From positions 352,001 through 416,000 of the forward strand of contig JAHQJS010000006.1 in the NCBI GenBank assembly GCA_019057385.1: a DNA stretch of 64,000 bases, in the 5' to 3' direction. The translations under genes and the position numbers were made by a program. The notes beneath the pieces are model-generated. The model ran no database searches and was not told the DNA's origin. It worked only from the letters and a program-made list of their open reading frames with translations. Position 1 is the stretch's first letter, and every line of letters begins with the position of its first letter. Below, in pieces: positions 9,964 to 20,275 of this stretch. This DNA comes from Candidatus Borrarchaeum weybense. Its GTDB lineage: Archaea; Asgardarchaeota; Sifarchaeia; Borrarchaeales; Borrarchaeaceae.

Positions 9964-10878
9964 TTAAACTTGTGTCCAAGCCTCTTTTAATGTACGTTTT
10001 ACATTTGCTATAGCCATCTCTGATGTAATACCTTTATGAGGTTTTACTTCGAAACTAACAAATGGGCGTTTACCTTTTTCTAAGTAATCAATTTCAAAAA
10101 GGGCATCTAGGTATTCTGCCAACTCTGTTGCGTCATTTTCTCCTCCTTCAACACCGAAGATCGGATGTTGATCTCCATACAACGGGTTGTTCGGGTCTTT
10201 AACGCAATTTCCGAGGTGCACTAATGTGAGGTAATCCTTCGTGGTCGATAATGCATGGGCAGGTGTCTCATTTAGTAGTGGAAGATGACTTAAATCATGC
10301 ATTAAACCGAAAGTAGGATATCCTGCCTCTCGTACTGCCTTGGCAAACTCCACTGCTGCTTCACTTGGCCCTATCAAAGATTTTTTATCAATATCACGAT
10401 CAAAAATCTCTAAAGTTAACGCTAGATTTCCTTGGCTTTTTGCATATTCGCAGAGTTGTTTTAAAGAATCGATTAATAATGCCATCCCCTTCTCTCTGGC
10501 CGCATCACCTGGATAAGGGCCACTTAGAACGGTAAGATACTCTGCGCCAACTTCGTAGGCTTCGTCAATAGCTGATTTTATTGCCTGTATGGATTTGTTT
10601 CGCAATGCATCGTCTAGTGCGTTCAAATCAAGTTTAGGAAGCAATAAAGCAGGCTGTGCCGAGAAATTAACTGTCAGACGAGAAGCTGTTAAGAGCGCAG
10701 CTACGTCATCTTTAATTGCCGGATCCTTGCATCCACCATAGTCAACAGCTGAGAAAAAGCCGTCTTCGGCTATCTTTGTAAGCGTTTCGAGTATAGGGCC
10801 TTCTCCCGCAAGGCATTCTGGAAAAACCATTCCATGCACTATACCGACTTTCATATAGAGATCCCAATGTTTTTTCAT
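9964..10878 (-). CDS. Xylose isomerase-like TIM-barrel sugar phosphate isomerase/epimerase (possible hydroxypyruvate isomerase analogue)
   Basis: LTLE, DLSH, VHLGN, SFEVKP metal-ligand pattern; directly downstream of gcl. Confidence 0.75.
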   Translation of the reverse strand: MKKHWDLYMKVGIVHGMVFPECLAGEGPILETLTKIAEDGFFSAVDYGGCKDPAIKDDVAALLTASRLTVNFSAQPALLLPKLDLNALDDALRNKSIQAIKSAIDEAYEVGAEYLTVLSGPYPGDAAREKGMALLIDSLKQLCEYAKSQGNLALTLEIFDRDIDKKSLIGPSEAAVEFAKAVREAGYPTFGLMHDLSHLPLLNETPAHALSTTKDYLTLVHLGNCVKDPNNPLYGDQHPIFGVEGGENDATELAEYLDALFEIDYLEKGKRPFVSFEVKPHKGITSEMAIANVKRTLKEAWTQV

Positions 10879-10899
10879 TTTTTCACCGCCTTTAATTTG

Positions 10900-12612
10900 T
10901 TATCCCCTTTCAGCTATGGCGTCCAGAGCTAAGCCCATACTACAATTGGTTTCTCGTTCGCAGATTATATCTAATATTGCAGGGGCATTATCTAGAGCTC
11001 TCTGGAAGGCAGCCTTAAGGTCTCCAGGTTGTTCCACTCTTTCGGCATATAGTCCGAACGCTTCTGCAAGCTTAACGAAATCTATTCCTATTCCATGCTT
11101 CGCTAACTTATCTGTATCGTACGTTAAATCTACCGCATATTCATAGTCATAAACAATGGATTGGTTCTGTCGGATTAAACTTAAGAAACCGTTGTTGAGC
11201 ACAAGCATAACTATTGGAGTTTGGTAGTGAGCTGCCATCGCTAATTCTTCTACCATGAATCCTAATCCGCCGTCTCCTGTGATGCCTACGACTTTCTTTT
11301 GTGGCATTTCCATTTCCTCGTATCCGACTTTAGCTCCAATTGAAGCTGGTAAATCCCAACCCAACGTTCCCGCGCATCCGCAGACTTTATAATGTCCTGG
11401 TTTCTTTATTTCTTGATATTGACCGCTCCAAATCTGATTAAGTCCGACTGATGTCACAAAAATTGTGTCATCATCAAAGAATTCATTTATTTCTTTGAAA
11501 AGTCTTTGAGGCTTGATTGGCACATCATCAAAGTCTAATCTTCTCGCAAGCTCTTTGCGTCGGGCAGGTATTGACGATACCCATTCATTTGGCATTACTT
11601 TTGCATTTCGCGCTTTGGCTTGATCGATCATCATTTGTAGTGCTTCTTTGGCATCTGATACAATTCCTAACTCTGTAGGGACGATCTTGCCAATTTGTAG
11701 AGGATCAATGTCAATGTGGATGAACTTTCTGTCTTTAGTGTAAACATCTAGTTTACCCGTATGACGATCAACAAATCTGGCACCAACCGCTAAAACAAGA
11801 TCGCTCTCTAAGAATAGCTTGTTGCCAAGTCTTGTTTGCATGATGGTACCAACCAGTCCCGCGTATAATGGATGATTAGTGTCAAGCGCACTCTTTCCCA
11901 TGTAGCTAGCACAGATTGGTAAACTTAAATATTCTGCTAATTCTTGGAGTTCTTTGGAAGCGCCCGAAATAATGACTCCTCCTCCGGCTAAGATGATTGG
12001 ATTCTTAGCTTCCAAGATCATATCAATTGCTTTCTTGATTTGTCTTTCATTTGCTTTGGGTGTCGAAAAGTCTAAACTACGATCTGTTTCTGGATCATAT
12101 TCAATTTCTGTTCTCTGGAGGTCAACGGGGAGATCAATAAGCACTGGTCCGGGTCTTCCTTCTCTAGCGATTCGAAAAGCTTCCCTCATAGTACCTGGGA
12201 GGCGATAAGGCTCCCTAACACAATAACTTTTCTTAGTCACTGGTTTAACTATTTCTGCTATGTCAACCGCTTGAAACGCCTCTTGACCCAATACTGCTCT
12301 CGTCGCTGTCCCAGTAATTGCGACAATTGGGATAGAGTCAACTTGAGCGGTATAGAGACCTGTTACAAAATTTGTCGCTGCAGGTCCGCTCGTGCAGATA
12401 CAGACGCCAACTTTTCCAGTTGCTCGTGCATATCCGTCAGCTGCATGGCATGCTCCTTCTTCATGTCGAGCAATATAGTGCTTTATTTTTGTTGTTTGCC
12501 CAAGGTATTTGTAGACGGGATTTATTGCTGCGCCCGGTATACCAAACATTGCTGTTACTCCTTCATCTTCAAGGATTTTTACTATAACTTCCGCTACTTG
12601 CATTTTAGGCAT
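10900..12612 (-). CDS. gcl: Glyoxylate carboligase (ThDP enzyme)
   Basis: FGIPGAAINP, FQAVDI, DDVPIKPQR, AGTLGW, LIRQNQ, ERETNCSMG match Gcl-specific segments rather than generic AHAS. Confidence 0.88.
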   Translation of the reverse strand: MPKMQVAEVIVKILEDEGVTAMFGIPGAAINPVYKYLGQTTKIKHYIARHEEGACHAADGYARATGKVGVCICTSGPAATNFVTGLYTAQVDSIPIVAITGTATRAVLGQEAFQAVDIAEIVKPVTKKSYCVREPYRLPGTMREAFRIAREGRPGPVLIDLPVDLQRTEIEYDPETDRSLDFSTPKANERQIKKAIDMILEAKNPIILAGGGVIISGASKELQELAEYLSLPICASYMGKSALDTNHPLYAGLVGTIMQTRLGNKLFLESDLVLAVGARFVDRHTGKLDVYTKDRKFIHIDIDPLQIGKIVPTELGIVSDAKEALQMMIDQAKARNAKVMPNEWVSSIPARRKELARRLDFDDVPIKPQRLFKEINEFFDDDTIFVTSVGLNQIWSGQYQEIKKPGHYKVCGCAGTLGWDLPASIGAKVGYEEMEMPQKKVVGITGDGGLGFMVEELAMAAHYQTPIVMLVLNNGFLSLIRQNQSIVYDYEYAVDLTYDTDKLAKHGIGIDFVKLAEAFGLYAERVEQPGDLKAAFQRALDNAPAILDIICERETNCSMGLALDAIAERG

Positions 12613-12647
12613 AATCTTCTCTCCTATTTTGTTTATTTTTTAGAGGG

Positions 12648-13634
12648 TTATCCATAAATATCTGGATTAACACAATTTGGTGGTTTGAGTCCCTTAACAC
12701 CAGCAATTACATTTTCAGCAGCCATGGTCGCCATTTTAGTACGAGTCTCTATTGATGCGCTTGCGATATGTGGCGCTAACACAACGTTATCCATTTCATA
12801 AAGTTCTGGTTCAGCTTTAGGTTCCATTTCAAAGACATCCAAACCAGCACCAGCAATCTTTTTCTCCTGTAATGCTTTAACGAGTGCTTTTTCGTCTAAT
12901 ACAGGACCTCTTGATGCATTGATCAAATACGCAGTCTCTTTCATCAAGTCTAGTTCTTTTGCGCTAATATAGTGCTTTGTTTCTGGAAGTAACGGGACAT
13001 GCAATGTCACATAGTCGCTCTCTTTGAGAAGCGTCTCTTTATCTACATATTGAATTCCTAATTCCTTTTCTAGATCCTCAAACCGTACGACATCTGTATA
13101 AAGAACTTTCATGTCGAAACCCTGAGCTCTTTTTGCAACCACACGCCCAATTCTTCCAAGTCCGACGACTCCCAGTGTTTTTCCGTAGACATCAGAGCCG
13201 AGGAATTGCATTATACCCCAGCCTTTCCATGTTTTTTGCCGGAAGTATTTATCTGCTTCGACAACACGTCGCGCGACTGCCATTAGAAGTGTCCAAGTGA
13301 AATCTGCGGTTGTGTCATCCAATACGCCCGGTGTATTAGAAACTGCAACGCCGAGTTCGGTGGCGGCTTTCCAATCGATATTGTTGTAGCCTACAGCTAC
13401 ATTGCTGACTACCTTAAAATTAGGATTTGCTTCTTTCACGGTTTTTAGAATCTCGGCGTTAATGTCGTCAGTGAGTAGGCAAACAAGCCCATCAAGGGTT
13501 TTCATTTTTTCAATAAACTCTGCTTGCGTAAGAGGGACATCACTTTCATTGAGTCCCATCTCACATTCCTTGTCGATCATATCTAAAGCTGGCTTTGGGA
13601 TCACGCGTGACACATAGACTTTTGGTTTACTCAA
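12648..13634 (-). CDS. gyaR: Glyoxylate/hydroxypyruvate reductase
   Basis: AVGYNNID, NTPGVL, GLGRIG, INASRGPV, PHIASAS. Confidence 0.88.
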   Translation of the reverse strand: MSKPKVYVSRVIPKPALDMIDKECEMGLNESDVPLTQAEFIEKMKTLDGLVCLLTDDINAEILKTVKEANPNFKVVSNVAVGYNNIDWKAATELGVAVSNTPGVLDDTTADFTWTLLMAVARRVVEADKYFRQKTWKGWGIMQFLGSDVYGKTLGVVGLGRIGRVVAKRAQGFDMKVLYTDVVRFEDLEKELGIQYVDKETLLKESDYVTLHVPLLPETKHYISAKELDLMKETAYLINASRGPVLDEKALVKALQEKKIAGAGLDVFEMEPKAEPELYEMDNVVLAPHIASASIETRTKMATMAAENVIAGVKGLKPPNCVNPDIYG

Positions 13635-13864
13635 AACTAACCCTCACGATCTCGATAAAATTGTAAAAGAGTTTATAGTACTTCGAATTTATAATTCTAA
13701 TCATGCGCGCACACAAACATATTCGTTCAACCTTATCTTTATAACTTTCAGCGTACTAATAATTCGGTATTAATTGGAGGAAAAATAAAACGGAGACCTA
13801 AAAGGCAAATAATTTGAGGGGATCACCAAGAAAAGGAGGCTTGAAAATTACACTTGAGGAGCTT

Positions 13865-15298
13865 ATGGAACATAAACTAGACTGGGAGGGTACAATCATC
13901 CCGGAATTGAAGGAGATTGTTGGAGAGGAAAATGTTCTCAATCATGTAATAGATCTCTATGTGTACAGTCGCGACGCCAGCATAGACACTGGATGGCCAG
14001 CAGCAGTAGCTTTCGCTCATAATACAGAAGAGGTTTCGAAGGTCGTCAAATTAGCGAACAAATATGAATTTTCGATCATTCCACGTGGCGCAGGCAGCAA
14101 TGTTTGTGGTGGAGTTATCCCTGCAAAACCTGATTGTCTTATTCTTGTCGTTGCAAGGATGAATAAAGTTGTAGATCTCGATTTAGAGAATTTTCTAATA
14201 ACTGTTGAGCCAGGAATGGTATGTCTAGATCTAAATAACTACATAGAACCATACGGCTTTTACTTCGTGCCAGATCCCGCAAGCGATAAAACAGCGACCA
14301 TTGGTGGCATGGTTAATAATAATAGCGGCGGAATTCGCGCAGTCAAATACGGTGTCACAGAACAATGGGTGATGGGTCTTGAAGTTGTATTAGCCGATGG
14401 GACAGTCGTTCACATTGGCAATAAAGCTATTAAATACGTTTGTGGTTATGATCTAGTTTCTCTCTTCGTAGGTTCAGAAGGAACTTTAGGTATTATAACA
14501 AAAGCAATGCTAAAAATGCAGCCGCTGCCTGAGGTCCGCCTCGTAGCTAGTGGTTATTTTGATACCGCCTTTGCCGCAGGTAAGTGCGTCAGAGAAATCA
14601 TTCGGAGAGGCTTTGACCCTTCAGGCACCGAAATAATGGATTATAAGACACTTAAAGCTGTAGAAGAGTATTCTGGTAAGGTAAAATTCCCTGAATGCGG
14701 TGCTGTAGTAGTTGTTGAACTTGACGGAAATAGAGAAGATGTAGAAATGCGTCTTGATCGATTAGAATTAGTCTTTAAAGAAATGGGCGCACTTCAAACC
14801 GAGGTCGCAAGAGATGCAGAAACATGCGAACAAGTGTGGGCGGCAAGAAAGGCAGCATTCCCAGCACTAACTTTACGAAGACCTACTGCTCGTATGGAGG
14901 ACGTAAGTGTCCCACTCGAAAACTTACCCGTTATGTTCCAAAAAATTGATGAAGTTAGTAAAAAGAATGGAATTGAAATAGCGACGTTTGGTCACGCAGG
15001 AGATGGCAACTTACACCCGATACTTCTCTGGGACGAAAGAGATCCAGATCAGCATAGACGCGCATTACAAACTTTAATTGATTTATGGCATGCTGCGGTA
15101 AATTTGGAGGGGACTGTAACTGGCGAGCACGGAATCGGAGTTTCTAAACTTATGATGATGCCGGTGGAACATGAAGCGGCAGTACTTGAGTTAACGAAAA
15201 AAATCAAACAAGCCTTTGACCCAAAAAACATACTGTGTCCTGGTCATGTCATACCTATTCCAGGTCAAAAATTCTTTACTGAGGAGGATGTAAGCTAA
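13865..15298 (+). CDS. glcD: FAD-linked glycolate/D-lactate dehydrogenase subunit (GlcD family); ORF track start 13814, ATG 13865 preferred
   Basis: PRGAGS, PDPAS, TIGG, KYGVT, GSEGTLG, GHAGDGNLH, GEHGIG; SD GAGGAG before 13865. Confidence 0.9.
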   Translation: MEHKLDWEGTIIPELKEIVGEENVLNHVIDLYVYSRDASIDTGWPAAVAFAHNTEEVSKVVKLANKYEFSIIPRGAGSNVCGGVIPAKPDCLILVVARMNKVVDLDLENFLITVEPGMVCLDLNNYIEPYGFYFVPDPASDKTATIGGMVNNNSGGIRAVKYGVTEQWVMGLEVVLADGTVVHIGNKAIKYVCGYDLVSLFVGSEGTLGIITKAMLKMQPLPEVRLVASGYFDTAFAAGKCVREIIRRGFDPSGTEIMDYKTLKAVEEYSGKVKFPECGAVVVVELDGNREDVEMRLDRLELVFKEMGALQTEVARDAETCEQVWAARKAAFPALTLRRPTARMEDVSVPLENLPVMFQKIDEVSKKNGIEIATFGHAGDGNLHPILLWDERDPDQHRRALQTLIDLWHAAVNLEGTVTGEHGIGVSKLMMMPVEHEAAVLELTKKIKQAFDPKNILCPGHVIPIPGQKFFTEEDVS

Positions 15299-15299
15299 A

Positions 15300-16484
15300 A
15301 TGACGAAAGAAAACGTAGTTTCAGGCACAATGCTACCACAAAGATTCGAAAAAATGATTATTTCCGAAGATTCCGAAACTGAGACGTACAGATGTGTAAG
15401 ATGTGGCTTCTGTAGGTTTGCATGTCCAATTTTTGACGCGACTAAAGTAGCTACTTTCAATTGCAGAGGTAGAATTATGGTTGAGCGTGCCCTTATCGAA
15501 GGAGGACTTCCTATTGACCAAAGGGTTCTTGATCTTCTTTATACCTGCACGTTGTGCAAACTCTGCGAAACGCATTGCCCTGCTAAGATCAAAGTCACGG
15601 ACGTGATGCATCACGTCAGAGAGTGGCTTGCTGAACAAGAACATGCCCTTGATGAGCATAAGGCAATCGCAAGCAACATATTGGAGATAGGAAATACTCA
15701 CGCTCAGGATCCCGCTATCTTCAAAGAGGTTTTTGGTGAGATAATTGCAGCTCTTCCAAAGGAATCTTCTACTCTTTACTATGCTGGATGTGTTGGAACA
15801 ATTGATTATCCAGAGAATTCACTCGCTGGCATCAAACTGTTGAAAGAAGCAGGAGAAGAATTCATAATGCTTGATTCAGAATATTGCTGTGGAGGTTATC
15901 TCAACTGGCTAGGGTTTACAAAGGACTTCAAAAAAGAAGCTGAGAAAAATATAGAAATCTTCAAATCACGTGGGATTGAGACCATTATTACGGCATGTCC
16001 AATGTGTGCATCGGTTTTCAATAATGATTATAAGGAAGTCTTGGAAGATATGCCAAAGGCTTATCATATTACGGAAGTTCTCGAACGCTTGGTTGATGAA
16101 GGAAAAATAAAACTTACGCGACCACTCGAAGCAAAGGTTACTTTCAAAGATCCTTGTCACCTCGGTAGATATGCACAGGTTTACGACGCTCCACGAAAAC
16201 TGATCGAAAGTATTCCAGGCGTTGAGTTCGTTGAATTACCCGAAACTATGGGCGAAGCAAGATGCTGTGGTGGACCTATTCGTGTTCCTTATACTGCCTT
16301 GAGAAATGATCTAACCGATGAGATCGTAAGAGACGCCGCTAAGTTAGATGCTCAATTTGTTGTGACGTCATGTCCAACATGTCACCATAGTCTAAGTATG
16401 AGAGCCTACAGAGAACGTATTCGCGTTTTAGAATTGCCAAGACTTGTTGCCTATTCAGCAGGTGTAGTTGACAGTTATCGCTAA
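15300..16484 (+). CDS. glcF: Fe-S oxidoreductase with 2x[4Fe-4S] and two CCG domains (GlcF/HdrD-like)
   Basis: CVRCGFCRFACP, CTLCKLCETHCP, CCGG twice, TACPMC, DPCHLGR, TSCPTC; 1 bp after glcD. Confidence 0.85.
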   Translation: MTKENVVSGTMLPQRFEKMIISEDSETETYRCVRCGFCRFACPIFDATKVATFNCRGRIMVERALIEGGLPIDQRVLDLLYTCTLCKLCETHCPAKIKVTDVMHHVREWLAEQEHALDEHKAIASNILEIGNTHAQDPAIFKEVFGEIIAALPKESSTLYYAGCVGTIDYPENSLAGIKLLKEAGEEFIMLDSEYCCGGYLNWLGFTKDFKKEAEKNIEIFKSRGIETIITACPMCASVFNNDYKEVLEDMPKAYHITEVLERLVDEGKIKLTRPLEAKVTFKDPCHLGRYAQVYDAPRKLIESIPGVEFVELPETMGEARCCGGPIRVPYTALRNDLTDEIVRDAAKLDAQFVVTSCPTCHHSLSMRAYRERIRVLELPRLVAYSAGVVDSYR

Positions 16485-16671
16485 ATGTGACAAGTATCTT
16501 ACCACGCATTACAAGTGTATGGGGATATATGTGTACATCAGTTTCTCCACTTTTTTTAAAAATTTAAATTATGGAGTCACGCTGACATTATCAAAGAAGA
16601 ATTGAATGAAAAACAACCGAACATTAGGTCATAGTAGTTTGGAGGTGTTCACGAAGTAGGAGGCTCGTTAA

Positions 16672-19600
16672 ATGAATGCATTGGAAAATAAAACGGCAGA
16701 AAATATCTTGGTGATTGGCGGCGGAATGGCTGGAATGTATGCCTCGCTAGACATTGCAAATCAAGGCTATACGGCTTTTCTAGTAGAGAAACGAGAAACG
16801 ATTGGAGGAAGATTTTCGCAGGTTTACAAAATCTTTCCGACTGATGAGTGCTCAGCTTGACCACTTACGCCCCTTATGTCAAGTGTTGCCAGAAACGACA
16901 ATGTTCGCTTGTTTACTCTTACCGAAGTCTTAGAGGTAAATGGCGAACCAGGGAATTTTACGGTAAAACTTAAGCAAAATCCTAGATATATCGATCCAGA
17001 CAAATGCACAGGATGTCAAAAATGCATGGAAGAATGCCCTGTTGAAGTGACTTCAGAATATGATATGAATCTTGGTGTCCGAAAAGCAATCTACCTTCCT
17101 TTTCCACAAGCAGTACCTCAGATTCCTCGCTTAGATAAAGAGAACTGCATTGACTGTGGCATGTGTGAGCTGGTATGCCCTGCTGACGCAGTGAATCATG
17201 AAGATTTTGAAAAAATCTTCGAAATCGAAGTTGGTTCGATAATCGTAGCAACGGGTTTTGATGAGTTTAATCCTGAACCATTAAAACAATTTGGATATGG
17301 ATACTACGAAAATGTTGTTACATCACTTCAATTCGAGCGAATGATGCATCCTACAGGTCCAACTCAGGGCAAGATAGTGAGACCTTCTGATGGAAAAGAA
17401 CCACGCAGAGTATTATGGGTTCAATGTGTGGGCTCTAGGAGTGAAAAAGAAGTCGGCAATAAATTCTGTAACCGGGTCTGCTGTATGTTTGCATTAAAAC
17501 AAGCTAGAGCCTATAAACTGCAATCAAAAGGAAAAGGACAGGCAGACCTTTGCTATATAGATATAAGATCCTCAGGAAAACTGTACGAGGAATACTACAG
17601 GGACACACGAAATAATTATATGCCTAATTTAATTCGCGGTAAAGTGGCGGAAATTCAAGAAAACGAAGAAACAAAAGACTTAATCATCTGGGTTGAAGAC
17701 ACTAATACTGGAGAGGTTTCTCAGATCAAAGATGTTGATCTTGTTGTCTTATCTAGCTCATTTGTTCCATCCGAAGGGACAAACGAACTATGCCAAACAT
17801 TAAGCGTTGAAATTAGCGATGATGGATTTCCCTTGGAAGTCAACAGTTATCATCCAATCGAAACAACTCGACCTGGAATCTTTATGGCGGGTGTGGCAAC
17901 AGGCTCAAAAGATGCTGTGGATACAGTTACTCAAGCAAGAGCTGCGGCATCGTCTGCAGTGAACCTTTTATCTGGTTCCCCACCATATATCAAATCATAT
18001 GCATCTAAAACGGAATTAGAAGGTTCTGGCGAGATTCGACTTGGCGTTTTTGTATGTCACTGCGGTGGCAATATCGCAAATTACATCGATATAACAGAAG
18101 TCATGGAATATGCGAAGACATTACCTGGCGTGATCTACGTAGATAATAATGAGTTCTTCTGTAGTGAGCCAGGGCAACAGCAAATCAGCGAGAAAATAAA
18201 GGAACTCAATATTAATCGAGTTTTAGTGGCGGCATGTTCTCCTTTACTCCATGAGGACACATTTAGGACTCTTTTAGAGTCTGCTGGAATAAGTAAGTAC
18301 TATCTTGAATATGTGAACATAAGAGACCAAGCAGCGCAAGTTCATATGCAGACACCAAAAGAAGCCACCGAAAAAGCAAAGGATTTGATCAGGGCTGGCA
18401 TTGCACGAGCACTACATCTTGAGATTGTGCCATATCGGATGGTATCAGTTGTCAACGAGGCTCTTGTTATTGGTGGTGGAATTGCTGGAATGTCAGCTAC
18501 CCTTGATTTATCTAATCAAGGATTCAATGTTCACCTCGTAGAGAAAGAATTGCAACTGGGTGGTCGTCTCAATTCTCTTTACAGAGTATTTCCAGAAAAA
18601 ACTGAAGCTAGCCAAATTGTGGATGAATTAACTGCACAGATAACTAATGCTCCCAATATCTCGGTTTACCTTGAGTCTTCGTTGGAATCCCTTGATGGTC
18701 ACATCGGTGATTTTACAGCTAAAATTAGGAGAAATAATGGAGCAAATACCGATATTAACGTTGGAGCTATTATCGTGGCTGTCGGAACAAATACATATAC
18801 TCCCAAAGATGGCGAATACGGTTACAATACTGTTCCACGTGTTGTAACTTCTCTTGAATTCGAGGAACTGCTCAAAACTCGTAATTTTGATCAAGATCCA
18901 AAGCGCATTGTCTTTATTCAATGCGTTGGGTCACGAGAAGAAGACGGAAACAAATACTGCTCCCGTGTGTGTTGCGGCGTATCACTGAAAAATGCGCAGA
19001 ACGTTAGAGAACTCTTTCCGAACTGTCAAACCTTTGTCCTTTTTAAAGAGGACCTACGACCTGTTGGAAGGTATATGGAAGAGTTTTATCTAACTACAAG
19101 AAAGCAATATCGTACCAATTTTATGCGATGGACAGAAGAAAGACCCCCAATGGTTACGGAAGCCCAAAATGGTAATGCTCTGGTGCAAATATACGATACC
19201 CTTTTACGAACTACATTCGAGATAGACGCCGATTATGTAGTGCTAGCGGTAGGACAAGAACCTCCTGAAGGCTTTGATGAACTGTGTAAGATAATAGGGG
19301 TTACTCGCTCTTCTGATGGTTTTCTTGAGCCTATCCACATAAAATTCAAACCTGTTGAAACACGAAAAGATGGTGTGTACGTAGCAGGGACCATTCTATC
19401 TCCACGAAGCATAAGCGACTCAATAGTGCTAGGTAAAGCCGCAGCGTCGGCAGCAAGTGTGCTTTTACAACAGAAAGAGATTCAACTTGAACTAATCAAG
19501 GCTGTATGTGACGAGAATCTTTGTAGCGGATGTAAGGTGTGCGTAATAGCCTGTCCATATGATGCTATAACTACTAAAGAAACTGAAGCAGGAGAACTCG

Positions 19601-20157
19601 TTTCGGTTACTGATGAAATTGAATGCAAGGGCTGCGGATCCTGTATTGTAGCATGTCCCTCTGGCGCTAGAGAACTTCGATACTGGCGGGATGAGCAATT
19701 CTATCCACAAATTGAATCGCTTTTAGCTGAAAGCAAGCAAAAATCATTACTTCTTGTTTTTGCTTGTGAAAAATGTGGATATGGTGCTGCTGACTTAGCT
19801 GGACTTTCAAAACTTCAATATGACTATCGTACTCGAATTATACGCGTGCCATGTACTGGTCGTGTTGACACACCGTGGTTACTTAAAGCATTTTCACTCG
19901 GCGCAGATGGCGTCGCAGTAGTCGGATGACACAAAGGCGACTGTGCATATATTGACGGCAACCTACAAGCAGAAAAATCCGTTGGATTGGCTGAGAAACT
20001 CCTTGAAACCATGGGCTTTGGTGAAGGCAGAACTGTAATGTACTTCCTTTCATCTGCGGAAGCAGAAAAATTCAGAGAAGCAATGCAAACTTTTGGCGAA
20101 AGTATTTCGAAACTTGGACCCAATCCGTCGCGCATAGCTCAAACTAGAACGGAATGA
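16672..20157 (+). CDS. hdrA: Tandem HdrA-HdrA-MvhD fusion selenoprotein, 1161 aa, two in-frame UGA (16858-16860, 19927-19929)
   Basis: ORFs 16672..16860 and 16876..19929 and the unlisted tail to 20157 are one frame; UGAs fall at FPTDECSA-U-PLTP and GADGVAVVG-U-HKGDC, both conserved Cys/Sec positions. Confidence 0.92.
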
Positions 20158-20200
20158 TCTCTCTCGGGAAACCCTTTCGGGACTGAGAGAAGGACTGGCT
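20144..20200 (+). promoter_or_regulatory. SECIS-like element
   Basis: Stem TCTCTCGG(20160-67)/CTGAGAGA(20183-90), unpaired GAAA and A, minihelix CCC-TTTC-GGG; ATGA(20154-57)/GA(20193-94) at the base. Confidence 0.85.
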
Positions 20201-20275
20201 CCCTACGCAGGGATGCTTCTTATATATAACTTTCATAAGAATATCCTTCAATAAGACAATTAGGAGGACTTATCA

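Noticed and set aside
9450-9990. ORFs 9450..9722(-) and 9544..9990(+), a possible frameshifted MGCC... small protein, or a glycine riboswitch upstream of the aminotransferase
   Set aside because: No recognisable family, SD spacing fits only a 6-codon ORF, and riboswitch consensus motifs were not found; left unassigned.
16672-16860. Separate 62-aa ORF or pseudogene interpretation of hdrA
   Set aside because: TGA is in frame at a conserved Cys/Sec position and a SECIS-like hairpin follows the gene.
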